Below are positions 32,232 to 63,886 of a stretch of DNA of 64,000 nucleotides, piece after piece (position 1 is the stretch's first letter; every line of letters begins with the position of its first letter). A model generated the notes under the pieces. It made no database searches. It worked only from the letters and a program-made list of their open reading frames with translations, and was not told where the DNA came from. The DNA comes from the human T2T-CHM13v2.0 reference genome, Homo sapiens: NCBI RefSeq assembly GCF_009914755.1, contig NC_060925.1. One strand, given 5' to 3'. A program made the position numbers and the translations under genes.

Positions 32232-34742
32232 TCAGAGGTCTGGGTGTGACATAACAAAGGCCTGACCTAGAAGAATGGCAGTGAGAAGGAAGAAAAGGGG
32301 ATACAACAGAAAGAGGACCCAGAACTGACAGCAGATGTCCAGATGGATAACTCAGGTGGGACAGGATGAAGAAAATGAATGCAGTTTGGGACATCCTGAG
32401 TTTGAGGTGAGATGGCCCATTCAACAAGCAATCTAAAACACAATACTGTGCATTCAGGAGAAAGGACAGAGCTTGAGAAAAAAATCTGAGGATTCTCTAT
32501 ACAGAGGTGAAACCACACAAAGTGGACTGGAGTGTGGTAGCTCTAGTTTTGGCTGTATTCAGAAACTTTCCCATCCCCTGCTTTCATTTCCTTTGAGAAA
32601 TTCCCTACCCCATTGGCTCATTAATGCTGGTAGTCTCCCCTACTTCCTCCCAGTCCAAGCTCCTAATGGCACATAATCCAAGCAAAACCAGAGCTCTCCC
32701 ATGAGATGAGTTCGAATAATGTAGAGTGGAGAAATGCAGAGACAGAGTCCAGACAACATTTGAGCCTCTGAGCCCACCTAGAGGCATCCACATAACCCAA
32801 ATACAGCTGGTTCTCTTTTTTTTTTTTTTTATTAAGCCAGTTTAATTGTAATTTTGATTAGGCTAGTTTAATTGTAATGTCTTGCAATCAAAACAGTCTA
32901 CTAGACCATCACATAAAAATGAGATTGCTCAGGAGAAAGTAAAAGAGACTAACAGTTACCACTTGAGTGTTGACTATTTGCCTGAAGGGCCTTTTTAAGA
33001 AGCTTGGACTTTATCTGGTAGAAAATTAAGAGCTACCTAAAGATTTAAATTTAACTTTAAATATGTTTTGTTGAAGGTGCTCTTTGAAGTTGGTACTATA
33101 ATCCCATTCTATAGAGCTGGAAACTGAGGTTCTTGTAAGTGAAGTAACTTTCTAAGGCCACACAATGGATAAGTGTTCAAACCAGGATATGAACTTGAAA
33201 ATAAATAAACTGCAATAGAACTATGGGTGCTAGAATGGAAGTATACAGGGCACAGGAGAGGTACAGTTTAAGAATGGTCAAGTGTACAGGGGAGGAAGTA
33301 GTAAAGACTTTACAGGAGTAGGTGACATGTGAACTGGAAGGATGAATTGTTTATCAGGTGAATAAGGGGTTTGGAGCAGGAAAGAGAGAGGGTATTCTGC
33401 GTAGGGCAGAGCATGTATAAGCCATGGAGGTATGAGGCAACACCTGACTCCCAGCTATTTCCTTATGGCTACAGCTGAGAGCACTTATGGCAAAGTGGCA
33501 AGAGTCGTAGAGTATGCCATGACAAAACAAAGTCTGAAGGACTGGTGGTCAGTGTGGCGGGAAGAGAGGCAAGCATGGCACCAAAGAGCTCCGGTTTTGA
33601 TCTCCAGTGAATTACACACAGCCACCCACGAAGAACTGAGCCCGACCTAGCAAGCACAGACAAGCGAGGCAAGAATTCATCACAACTGCACAGAGAAAGC
33701 TATGTGTGGTGAAGGGCCTCCTTTAGGGACTGACTGTAGAAAAACTATGGAACTGAGTGGTTAGCTAGTCTAGACAGGGAAGAGATACAGTTCAGAAGGC
33801 ATGAAAAAGAACATTTCAGGTGAGAGGTCTTATCATTTGGCCTCAAGTCAAAAGAACACAATTTCTTAATGAAAGAACGTAGGCAACAACTAGGTGGGAG
33901 AAATACAATTCACAAAACTAGATTTGAAATTGACTTATCATGTCAGGTAATCCAATGTAAAAATGCTCCAGTACCTACTCCACACATTACTAGGGAGATA
34001 CCATGGGGGACGAAATATGCACAAAAAGCGTCTCCTGAGGCTAAGCTCCTGAGACATGAGCACAGGGGAGCTGCAGAGGGAAGGAGAGGTTATGACCTCT
34101 TAGAGGAATTGGTCAATCGTTTTTTTCAAGCAACAATCACTGAGAGCAGAGAGTTCCAGATGTTACCCTATGAATAGATAATATGTATTGTGCTTCTACT
34201 GTTGTCAGCATTATCCTAAGCACTTTATATATATTAACCCATTTAAACCTCACAGCAACCCTATGAAATAGCCATTATTATCGACCCCAGGAATAAGGAG
34301 GCAAAGGCATAGAGAAGTGAACTAACTTGCCCAAGGCCACACAGCTGGTAAGTAGCACAGCTAGGATTTGAACTGGGGCAGTCTGGCACGAAAACCTGCT
34401 TTTTAAATCAAAATGCTATTTTATACTACTTCTCCAAAGACAAATCATAATAGTAATAATAGTAGCACTACCATTTATAGTGTTTATGATATGGGCTAGA
34501 TGCTATAGTATGCCAGGCACACACATCATCTTGCCTAAGATCACTCAGCTCTCAGGTGGAAGAGCTGGATTCAAAGTTCAGGATGCTTGAATCTGGGAGA
34601 CAATAAAGTGCACCAGGAGCTAGAATAAGTTTGTACAAGGTACAAATGTGGAGCATAAAAGAGGAGGTAATTAATCTTACCTGGTGGGAGTGGTATTGAG
34701 TTGTGGGTTACTGGAAAACTTCACAACTTCACACAGGGGTGA

Positions 34743-35048
34743 CTTTTTTTTTTCTTTTTTTTCTTTTTTTTTTTTTGAGACAAGGTCTGGCTCTGTTGCC
34801 CAGGCTGGAGTGCGGCGGCACAACCACAGCTTACTGCAGCCTTGACCTCCCAGGCCCAAGCAATCCTCTCACCTCAGCCTCCCGAATGGCTGGGACCACA
34901 GGTGTGTGCCACCACACTTGGCTAATTTTTTAGTAGAGACAGGGTCTTCGTGTGCTGTCCAGGCTGGTCTCGAACTCCTGGGCTCATGCAGTCCTCACGC
35001 CTCAGCCTCCCAAAGTACTGGGATGACAGGCGTGAACCACTGCACCGG
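34743..35048 (-). mobile_element. AluJ-like
   Basis: Diverged antisense dimer. Confidence 0.9.
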
Positions 35049-35428
35049 CAAGAGTGGGGTGACTTGTGAGCTGATTTTTGAAAGATGATTGGGTATTCAT
35101 CAGACAGAATGATAGGGCAGTGTTCCATGCAGAGGGAACAGTGGGAATAAAGGAATGGAGGTTTGAAAGAGCTGTCACATTCAGGAAACTGCAAGCAATG
35201 TTGATGGCTTGGGAATTGAGTGGGTGGCATGACAATAAGAAGGAGGCAGGGGGCTGCATCACACAGAATCTTACTTGCCTTTCCAGAAAATCTGAGCTAT
35301 TTTTTAAGTTTTTCCAATGAAGTAAATGTAATGGCCAAAAAGAGTAAATAAATATCCCTAGGGAATCTGGTGGCTTAGTCTGAAGCTGTTCAGACTAGTA
35401 GGAATTCTTTGAAGACTATTTTTTCTTA

Positions 35429-36175
<747 letters not shown>

Positions 36176-36198
36176 TGGGGAGTAAACTATCAAAAGGC

Positions 36199-36396
36199 TT
36201 TTAATCAACGGAATAATGTGATCAGATCTGCAGTTCAGAAAGACCTATCTGGCAGCCTTTTGGAAGACAAGTTAAAGTGGGCAGGACTGGAGATAAAGGA
36301 TTTTAATCAGGGGAGTAATGTGATCAGATCTGCAATTTAGAAAGACCTATCTGTAGCCTTTTGGAAGATGAGTTAGAGTGGGCATGGCTAGAGATA
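36199..36396 (+). repeat. ~100-bp tandem duplication in L2-like sequence
   Basis: TTTTAATCA...TAATGTGATCAGATCTGCA...AGAAAGACCTATCTG...GAGATA occurs twice. Confidence 0.88.
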
Positions 36397-37221
36397 TGGA
36401 GTCTGAACAATACTTTTAGTAAGAGAGGCCTAGAGCCTAAACTGTAGGACAGGGTGGATGGACACTGGGGAGACAGAATTGGTAGGATTTAGTATCTGAT
36501 TAGGTATGAGGGGGTTGGGGACCCAGAGGGAGAATAATTTAGAATGGTTTCCATATTCCTGGCTTAGAAGAGAAACAGGTGTGTAGGCTAGAATAACTGG
36601 ATTTGGACATTCAACCAGCTGTGGATCATACAGGTAGAGATATCCATCAGGAATCTGCAGCTCAGCAAAGAGGTCTGAGCTGAAAATAAAACTCGCTTAA
36701 ATTATGCACATAAAAGTGGTGGTCACAGAAAGCAGGTAGAATAAGAAGAAAAGGGGGTTAAGGACAAGTCCTAGAGAATAACATTTAAGAAGCAGGAAGA
36801 AGTATAAAAGTCCAAAAGCTGCAGAGAAGGAATGGCCAGAGAGGAGGATGAACAAGGAGAGCATGTGCCATAGAAGCCATGGGGGAGAAAGAGACTAAAG
36901 GAAATGGTCAGCATTAAATGCTGCAGATACATTACTATGAGGATTGAAAAAACTCTGGATTTAGCCATTAGGTCAACAGTGATCTCTGAGTTTCTGAGGA
37001 GTGGTGGAAGTAGAAGCCCAAACACAGGGGTTGAAAAGTGAATGGGAGGTAAAAGAAACAGTGATTCTAAGCACTTTGTTTCAAGAGCATGGCGCGAGTG
37101 AGTCAGTGAGAGGGGATGTAGGGTTAAGAAGGATCTTTTAACATGGAAGAGACACTAAAATGGCACTATCTAAGGCCATGAAATGTAGCCCAGAGAAACT
37201 GGCAAAAAGAATGAAGGATAG

Positions 37222-37540
37222 ACTGGGTGTGGTGGCTCACACCTGTAATCCCAGCACTTTGGGAGGCTGAGGTGGGAGGATCGCTTGAGCTCAGGAGTTT
37301 GAGACCAGCCAGGGCAACATAGAGACCCTGTCTCCATTAAAAATAATAATAATTTAAAAATTAGCTGGGCATGGTGGCACATGCCTGTGGTCCCAGCTAC
37401 TTGGGAGGCTGAGAGGTGGGAGGATCACTTGAGCCTAGAGGACCACCTGAGTTGCAGGATCACAGTGAGAGGTGATTGTGCCACTGCACTCAAGCCTGGA
37501 TGACAGAGTGAGACCCTGTCTCAAAAAAAAAAAAAAAAAT
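37222..37540 (+). mobile_element. AluJ-like
   Basis: Dimer consensus with A tail. Confidence 0.9.
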
Positions 37541-40480
37541 GAACAAAGGATATCTACGTAGGGAATGTGGGCAAGAAAAGATGAAGAATCAAAATGACCA
37601 CAAACTAGGGAAATTAGGGTGAGAATTAGGGAAAGCAGTGGAATGGCAGAGAAAACATAGGAAGACGAGCATCCCAAGGCACTTATATTTGATTCAGTAG
37701 GAAAGGTTATCTTCATGTGGAAGAAGTATAATTTATTGCCTATACTGGAGGAGTCTCTTTGGTACATGTATCTTGCCCAAGGAGAGAGAGATGTGTGAGG
37801 GGGAGGGCGACTTCTAACACACAAGGTATGTCAGAACTTGTAACTTGTGATAACTTTGTGGTAACTTACCATCTCTTTGATGAATCTTCACTTAGAGAAA
37901 GATGTTTTAGAAAACAGTTTCAAGGTTGTGGTCTACAAGGGTGTTGGTATGTTAAGGTGTAGGTGACAGCGAGGGAACTTCAGGAACAGTTTATAGGAGT
38001 CTGAGGGACTTGGGGGCTTATCTAGGAAAATTTTGGCCTATTTATGTAACAGTCATGCACCAAGGAAAACAAAACAAAACAAAATGCCTGGGGATAAATG
38101 GGTTTGAAAATCATTGCCACAGACTTTAGACCTAAAAAGGATCACTGGGATCACCAAGTGAGAAAACTGAGGCTTAGGGAAGTGAGATGCCTTGTCCACG
38201 ATGTACTTAGGGAAGCTGCCATGTCCAAATGGCATGTGACTCATTGAGAGACCACAACAGGAACCCAAGAGCTGCCTCAGTGACACATGGAGCTCAAAAA
38301 AAAAGAGAAGTTAAAGGGAAGAAGAAAGGAACTTTGTCTTGTGGGACAAAACACATGCTGAAGTGATGGGGCACCATGGTCCCATCAGATGCGTTGGAGT
38401 TTGCCTTCTGTTCCAATCATAAAGCCCCATCTGCACAGTGGCAAGCCCTTTCCAAGGGTTAGTCCCCATGTGTTTGAGGTTTCCAGGCAAGAGCCACATC
38501 GAGCCTCCATAAGCAGGCACTGTGAACCCTCAAGACTGAACAGAAAAGGACCACATCCCCTGTTCCTACTCCTGGCCCAATGCTAAACTTCAGTAGGCTA
38601 TTCCCCTAATTCTGGAGCAGATAGGAAAGGCAGATGGAAGAGAATGTACACTCCTTCGTAGTTCATCTGGACAGTAATCAGGAGCTGACCCAGGGTGGGC
38701 GTTTGGAAGGACTCAGCCTCCGTCCTGCCTGGTGCTGGGATCAGCTTACACAGCTCCTGTGTCCACAGGGCACAGAGAATACATTGTCCATAAGGAGGAT
38801 TATTCTGTACAAGAAGCTCAGACAAAGGGAGAGGTTGTTTCCAGCTGCCTGGGGGAGGTGAGAGGGGGGTGGGAAAAGGGACCAGCCTTGCACTGGGGCA
38901 TTCCTGCAGAGTTCAGCTTCTTCTCTGTGGCAGCACAACAGGAGGTGGGCAATTACACCCCCTCCAGCTCAATCCTAATGCTGGGACCCATTATGGAGTT
39001 CTAAGGAGCACTTGGCTACAACCTATCTATCTTGGCTGTTTCCCAAAAAACGACAGGGTTGAATGAGGTACACCAGCTAAGTAGGGCAGCAATAAACACC
39101 AGAAGGGGAACAGAATGGGGTGACTGGCACAATGAGCAAAAGAGAGGTTCAGCAATGACTGAATCCCAGGCTCAGGGCAGAGCTGGAGAGGGAGAGATCC
39201 TAGGCAATGGGCCTTATGCTGACATTGATTGGATAAGCTTCCGCCTTCAGCAGGATGAACTCTGTCCTGTAGTAAGCTCTTGACGTTTCACAGCTGCTGC
39301 TTCTTTCTCCATCCTAGACACAAACCTAGGAGACAATGGCCTAATCTCTTTCTCCAGGGGACCCAAGAATAGGAGAAAGCACGATCTCCAAGCAAAACAG
39401 GACAGTCAAAAACAGAGGAATGTTACCAGAGTAGGCCAATAGTCACCTTTTGCAAATCCTAAATCTGAGCCAGTAAATAGGTCATGTCCCCTTCTTCAAA
39501 GGAAAACTGTATATGTATTCCCTCCTGAGGGAATGAGTATGTTAGGGGTGGGAGATACATACTCTCTATTGAGGCATTTAATAGGCTGTATGGACCCCAA
39601 AGTGGGAGACACTACTGAGATTTGTGTACTCCAGATGATTTGAGGATGGGGGATAAAAACGACAGCATGTGCTCCTACGGTGATGAATGTAGAGGAGTCC
39701 CTCTAGAGGAAGGAGTGTTTGCTTAGGGGAACAAGATGTAGGTGACATCCTGCATATGTTCCTGTTGGGGCAAGAGGATATTTCCATTCTTGGATGACAA
39801 GGAATCCATTTTAATAGTATGGTGGGGATGAAGTCAGTATTTGCCTGGGACACAAAAAAACTTGGGGTTGGTGCCATTCAATAGGAGGGAATCTTTTGGT
39901 GGAGTAAAGGACAATAGTCACCAAAAGATGCTCCAGGAATTTCAGAGAAGCACAGCTCAAACTCTACCCAATATGCCAGTTAATACTGACATTTCCAGTG
40001 GGAAGGGAAGAGGTGAGAAGATAACACCTGAGTGGGCTGATGAGCCGGAACAGTTTAAGTGGGGGAAAGGTCTGGCATTGCCTTAGAGCTGGTGACCAGA
40101 CTCCCCTACTGCTATGTATTGTGGTCAGTGAGCTTTGTGGATACCATTCCTCACCTTGATGGAATGGTAACAGATGTGACATCTGGGACCACTTTTCCAG
40201 TCCTTTGCTGCCACAGCCTGGCAGAACTTTGTTTGGCACTGAACAAATGCCAAAGTACCAGTGTGTGACAGAACAGAAAAAAGGCAGCTGGAAGGTATGA
40301 GCAGGAGGGAAGTTTCAGGATTTTTAGATCAAAGCTAATTAAAGATACGGAAACTTTTTTATGGAGAACAAATTAGAACTGCCTTGCAGCACTCTTGAAA
40401 CTGCCCCTCTGATCCCTATGTAGTGCTCTCATAAATTACTGTCAGACAACCCTGAGCCAGTGAACATCAATTTAAATAAC

Positions 40481-40486
40481 TTTATT
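40481..40486 (-). terminator. MED8: MED8 distal poly(A) signal AATAAA
   Basis: TTTATT on +. Further proximal candidates at 41290-41295 and 41498-41503. Confidence 0.75.
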
Positions 40487-40999
40487 CAGAGGAATCCTTT
40501 GGTCCACTTCTGCTGACTCAACCCCTGCCCATGCCAACAAAGGAGTACTAAGAAAGGCAGGTTAGCCTGAATGTCTAAATTCAATTTGTTCAACTTTATA
40601 AAAGCAGGCAAAGCTACTGGGGGTTGCCCCCTCCCACCATCATTCTGGTCCACCATTTGGGCCACAGGCTTAGGGAAATGAAGGAAAGTCGTTTTCTTTG
40701 AAGGAAATCCTGGCCAAAGTCGAGAAAGTGGGCACCATTATGAGGTCAACTAAACCCTGATGGCAGTGTGAAGTGCAATTCCCTTCTCCCTCCAAAATAA
40801 GAAACATGAATCCAGGGGAAGGGGCTTTTTCGTGTGCTAAGGAAAAACCCTTTCCCACATAGTCCTGCCTGGCAGAGCCACTTCCTGAGAAAGCCTCGTG
40901 TGTATAAGGTGGGGTAAAGGATAGGGGACTTTATGACTATTTGACAGGTAAAAGCCAAGTTGGCTCCTTAGAGGATGGAAAGGAGAGCAGGCCCAAGCT

Positions 41000-41102
41000 T
41001 CACCAGAGCTGCAGGTGGGCATTTTTTTTTCCTTCCTGGCCCAGAAGCTTCTTCACCTTGCGCCTTAGAGGGATAGCCAGAATGAAACCCAGGCAGGAGG
41101 GC
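41000..41102 (-). CDS. MED8: MED8 alternative terminal coding exon (301-aa isoform)
   Basis: Donor CG|GTGAGT at 41596/41595 overlaps the canonical stop; acceptor TTTTGCAG. Adds PSCLGFILAIPLRRKVKKLLGQEGKKNAHLQLW*; 803+103=906 nt. Confidence 0.85.
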
Positions 41103-41282
41103 CTGCAAAAACAGTGTGCCTCTAAGAACACAGAGGTTGCTACAGTTTCTGGCAGCACAAAATAAGCATAGCCTTATTTGATCTTGTGTCCATCAGCTCA
41201 CCATTGACGTGAGGCAGTATCAGATTAGGGTAAGTTCTGGATCAAGGACTGTGGAGGGTGGTGGGGAGAAGGATCTGTAGAA

Positions 41283-41510
41283 ACTATCATTTATTGAATA
41301 CCCATTATTTCATATACTGTACTAAGTGCTTTACATTCATTTCCTCATTTTAATCCTCACAACAACCCTATGAGGTAGGTATTATCACCATTTACAAATG
41401 AGAAACAGGCTCAGAAAAATTAGGTCACTTGTCCAAGGTCACACAGCTAGTCAGTGGTGGAAGTGGGATTTGTCTGCTGCTGAAAGCCCATGTTCTTTTT
41501 ATTGTACCCA
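41283..41510 (-). mobile_element. MIR
   Basis: Core TTTAATCCTCACAACAACCCTATGAGGTAGGT...CCAAGGTCACACAGCTAGT. Confidence 0.85.
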
Positions 41511-41591
41511 TCTAGGTGAGCCTTGAGCAAAAGGTAATTTCACTGCCCAACTCTGCAAAGAGCACCAGGGAGTCGAGGTTGCCAGCCACAC

Positions 41592-44500
41592 TCACCGCTG
41601 GTAGGGATGCATGGAAGCCGACTTGATGTTGGTTTTTATTCCACTTGGCATTTTCCCTGAAAGGAACATTAAAAAAGTCATCTTAAGCAAGGTAAGACTT
41701 TCATGACAAATCAGAAATGTGGTACCTCAGGTTCCCTCTGTCACTTCCTTTATCATCTCAGAACCTCTGCGGCATCTGACCCTGTTTGACAGAGGTCAGA
41801 AGTATGATTCTTCACCCAGCTGTCTCCCTGAAGGTGTCCAGGAGGAAAGAAGTGACATGGGAGAATAGTCTGTTCATCCACTCCTAGAACAGATAGCTAA
41901 ACCTGTGTGACTCCCATTTAACGTCACAGGTAAAAGAGTACTATGTTCTCTCATTGTTTTTCTTTTTTTATATCATAATAAGTGCAGAATCTCTCTTTAA
42001 TTGTCCCTTTTCCTAGACAGCTTGGAGGAAATAACTCTTCTAGCTGCCTGCATCTAGACTGTTCTAAAAATGAGTAGGAGAGAAGGCAGGAAGCCAAGAG
42101 CAAGAGAGGCAGGATACAGAGAAAAGAATACATGTAGGACTGGAAAACTGGCCTGCGTGTCAATTCCTGATGCACCTACCAAATGGTCTTAAGATCTGAC
42201 TGCTGATTTCTCTACCTAACAAGAGACACTGACAACATATCTAATACCAGAATAAATGGGATAGAAGGATAGTTGACACAGAGATGTGAGATGCGGATGA
42301 GAAATTGGAGCAGTTTCTGTTACTCAAAGTTCTTCCTCACTCTCTGGTGCCTGTTGCAGAGTCTCAGATGAGATTTTTTTACTTCTGAAAATTATTTCCT
42401 GGGTCACAGTGAAAAGGAGAAATAGAGAAAACCTCTAGGTCTAGAGATGCTGGAGGCCCAGATAATCTAGCTTATTCCCTCCCACTCCTGCTCAAAGTCA
42501 GCTTCATTTCAACCCCTGCCACCTTACCTGGTTGACCTGCCTGAGCCATTTGTACCCCACTGAGCATTGGCTGCTGCTGGCTTGGAGCTCCTGCCATCTG
42601 CACCTGCTGTAATCCTGAGGTTCCTGCAAGGATCGTCCCAGCTCCTGGCTGGCCTGCCTGGCCAGGACCACTGCTGCCTGAAGGTCTCCAATTAGATAGT
42701 CCTTTCCCAAAGGCAACAGCTGCCACCAAGGCATTAGTGTCTGTAGGGTTAAAGGTCTGCTTGTTCGGCCGGAGACCTGAAGAAAAAGTAATGGGGATCC
42801 TGAAGTATGCTTCTGATGCAGGACTGAACGTGGCAGCTGGAAGACCAGTATGAGTGCCAGGGTTTGGAGTTCTGAATTCAGCAACATCTAGACTCCCTCA
42901 CAGCCCAGAAAAAGAGCCAGAGGACCCCCAAGCCTATCTCAGAATTCTCTCTTCTTACTTTGCCCATTTCCTCCACTGCTTCAGTGCTGGCCTTAAATAC
43001 AAAAGGCTAACAGAATGGATACAAACCCCAAAGCAGTTCACCCTTGTGTCCTAACTTCACTACTTCCAAAACAACCATTCCCATTCCAGTGATCTTATAT
43101 ACCTCTCCTTCTCTGTTTAGCCACCAGTCCCATCATACCTCCACTCTCTGATTCTCGCTCCTCTTTGCTGATTTTCTCCAGAAGGTTTGAACACATTTTA
43201 TTCAAGCTCTGGATCTGCTTCTGTAACACACAAATTTGTGCAGAGATTAGGGTAACTAGGAAACGATATGGAGAAATTTATTCCTTGGGTTCTGCCAGAA
43301 GCAACTTAGGCGCAACCAACTATGTATCCCTACTAGACAGGAATGGTAATGCCTAGCTTCTCATGATGGGATGGGGATGGGGCAGCAAGGCAGTGACTCA
43401 GTCCAACCTGGGCTGCATCTGCACCAATGCGGGCAGCATCTGTCGTCAGTTGCTTCTCCTGTTCTTCCACTTCAGGGTCAGGCTTGGTTCTCAGATGGTC
43501 AGGGACTACCTCATGGCTGAAAACAGGCACCCGTCCTTCAGTCTGCCGCTGTAACACACAGATTTTATTGATCCTACTCTGTACTCCAAGAAGATTCTAT
43601 CTGGCCTGACATAAAGTCCCATCCACAGGCAAACAGTGCATTTTCAAGGAAAATACAACCTGAGACATAATATCTAGTTTGCTAGGACACACTCTCCTTT
43701 ACTCCATCCTTCATTTTTTGTGTCTTCTCACATCCCTATCTCTACCAGACCTAGGGGCAAATTAAACTATCACTGTCTGCCACGCTTCAAAGACTGGAAT
43801 AGACAAAGTCACAAAAGGGCAAACTTTGTGGCTTGAGACAGATGTTGGAGAAGAAAGGTATCAGCCTTGGTGACATACCCCTCAGGTTATTACAGCACTA
43901 TTTGGGAGTGGCTCTCCCGCCTTCAGAAGAACAAAAAGCAAGGCCTCCAAAATTATTTCTAGGCTCTCAGCTAATAACTTAATTTCCCTAAATACTAAAG
44001 AAGCCTAAAAAACCCCTTAATTTCCCAAGTTGTATTCTTTTTCTCCTCTTACCATGAGATCTTCATCTCGGTCTGGAGACAACACCAGAGGAATGATGAC
44101 CTGGTTACGGAACAGCGGTGTTTTTTCATGCTTCAAGACCTTGTTCAGAGTGTTCAGCTGTCCAGAAAGCAAGGCAAAGCTGTCCAGGACAGATGGCCTG
44201 GTGGTGGTAACAAGGTGTAAGAATGTTGTACCCCTTCCCTGGGTGGTTCTTAGTAAAATAGTCCTAGTTCCTTCAGGCTAGGAACACTTGGATTCACCTC
44301 CAAAAGTCTCATAGCCCTATGACTAGCCTAAGTGGGAACAGACTAACAGGGATGACAGGGCTATGAAAGAGGGACATAGTTTCAGTTTATGAAACAGACG
44401 TAGAAAAAACCCAGTTCATTGTTTGAATGGGGTGAGGAACAGTGGCAAAATAGGAACCAGGGCTACACTGTTATAACTAAAACTTCAGAAACCGGGTAAA

Positions 44501-46314
44501 AGCCTCCTTTCCAGCCTGGAAATAAGATCCACACTTCAGAGTAGGTTGGCTCTAAAAGACTCAGCCACATCTGTGGCAAGAGATCCAGCACGAATAGAGC
44601 TGTAGTGGGAGGACCTCCTCACCAGAGAAGTCAAAGGGTAAGAATTGAAAGCTAGAAAGAACTTGGGTTAGGAAACTGAGCATTTCTCTACTTCCTTGCC
44701 ATGGAATCCACTTGCTAAATGTTAGGAAACCCAGCTCTTTCCAAATCAAAAGATGTTTGCAAACTGATAAATGGTTACATCATTAGAAATGTCCTATTCA
44801 TCAGGAGGCTAGGCCCCCCCACCCATAAGCCCTTCCTAGCTTGCCCTGGTAACTCTTACCAGGTCAGCCGGCCATACTCGTTCTCCAACTTGCAAATGAA
44901 ACTCCCCAGAGAGTTCTTCAGATCAGCCACTTGACTCAGCAGTGCATCTAATGATGCCTCAAGCTGCTTCTCCTCTCTCTGCACCAATAGGAACAGGTTG
45001 GTCACCCAGATAAACGAGTATGACACATAGAAAGGAGGGCTGGAAAGCCAAGGAGATGGTGTGCAACACCAGTCAGGTAACACAGGATCTCATTGGCATA
45101 GGATAGCCAGGTTGTTTTCTATCTTTGGTATTTGGGTTATAGACAGCATCAACCCTGAGACCTTCCAACCTGTTTGCCTGACCCCAAGTCCTTCCACCAA
45201 CTGATTCCTTTTCCCCATCACCTCCTAATCTATGCCTGGTTTTTCTCTGTGTTAGGTACACCCTACACTCCCTCACTGAGACATTTTCGACAGACCTAAT
45301 GCCAGGAGATCATTCTCTCATGTGCACCTCTGTAGCACATGCACTCCAGCTTCCTCCATCCTAGCATCTGTGAGCCTGGCTGTCTTGTCAGTCTCTGGGA
45401 AATCTGCCTACTCATGAAGACTTCTCTGAACACCAGTCCTGCTCTCCCCTTTCCCTCCCCCAACCAACGACTCCAGCTTTCCATCTGCTCTCATCATTTT
45501 GTTTCAACCTTCTCCTTGCTGAATTAATATGCAATCATCTATCTCTGTGTCAATATTCCCGTGCCTCTTTCACAAGCTCAGTCAACCCATTAACATTTAT
45601 TGAGACTACCAGCTGCAAGAAACTAAGTGACAAATGAAAAACAAAAACCACACATGCTTCTAAGCACTGGACAAACAAATTAAAATGCTGGGGGTCTGCA
45701 AAGCATTTCCTTCCCATCGGTGGTCTCCTGTTTTACTCCATTTCTTCACCCTTAACAACTATAGGGCACAGGCTGGGAAGAGGGATGCAAAACTGTCTTG
45801 CAAACCTGCCTGACAGAAACTTGATCCCGGGTTCCACCATGGCCTCTGATTATAAGCTGCTTAGCTTTCAGCCATCGCGGCCCACAATTCCCTCACTGCT
45901 TGGGCTTCTTTCCAATTAGATCCCCTGCTATATCGGCAACCAACAGCCTCCATCCAGCAGCTTAGGACAGGGCCTGAGCCAACCCACCACCTTCTTGAGC
46001 CGTCTTCCTTGGACTGCATCTCAGCCTCCCCGTATTACAACCTAATCCTTTCCCACGCCAAGCAAACAGGTGCTGCCTCCTCCCTCCGGATTTAGCCCGA
46101 CTGTCTCCTGTCAGGCAAGCTCCACCCCCACCTCTAATCGCCGCCGCTCCCGCTCCAATTAGCCTCGCCCCCCAGCCCACATTCCCTTATCAGCCGTGGG
46201 TTCTGCCCTCTCTTCTCAGTCCCAACTCTTCATTCTCCTTAGCCAGCCCACTCTCGGTCCCTGTACCCGAAGCTTGCCAGCCGCTAGTACGCCCAACGCA
46301 ACTCTCACCTGCAT
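41592..46314 (-). CDS. MED8: Mediator complex subunit 8, 268 aa
   Basis: Coding exons 46314-46309, 44978-44860, 44197-44053, 43548-43408, 43220-43139, 42776-42528 and 41656-41592 total 807 nt; [16 protein letters not shown]...[14 protein letters not shown]. Confidence 0.98.
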
Positions 46315-46518
46315 TGCGGCGGCCGAGGCGGCTGCCACGATTTCACTTCCGGTTTTCCAGTCAGCAAACGCCTACGAGAAGGCTTCGTCCACCAATCAGA
46401 AAACTGGAACTCGGCCCTCCCACCAACTTCCGGTTCCTGCTGGGTGCCGAGGTAGCCAGGTCAGGGGTCAAGAGTGGAACACCCTCACTGGCCCGGGCCG
46501 GCGCGGGAGGGCTGTGTG
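46315..46518. promoter_or_regulatory. MED8/SZT2 bidirectional CpG-island promoter
   Basis: 204 bp between divergent ATGs; two ETS/GABP-type ACTTCCGG sites (46345-46352, 46426-46433) flank CCAAT (46392-46396). Confidence 0.9.

Positions 46519-63886
<17,368 letters not shown>

Noticed and set aside
33432-33650. Plus-strand ORF with MTKQSLKDWW resembling DNAAF9 LKEDSIKDWL
   Set aside because: Wrong strand relative to neighbouring relic segments; the minus strand gives an acceptor-preceded, colinear match. Treated as chance.
38750-38848. NPPY motif (N6-methyltransferase-like) and a PH-domain-like KQPLPL
   Set aside because: No other methyltransferase or PH motifs; better explained by the DNAAF9-like alignment.
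39578-39702. GLLYIHHR frame resembling DNAAF9 GLLFSHCR or SSRP1
   Set aside because: The alternative frame RDSSTFI..FIPHP..NRE fits the splice ends and motif order better.
41951-42175. 74-aa ORF with a hydrophobic stretch in MED8 intron 6
   Set aside because: GTG start, no recognisable homology; hydrophobicity follows from pyrimidine richness.
41660-45700. Antisense lncRNA over MED8, recalled from annotation
   Set aside because: Exons cannot be supported from the sequence alone.
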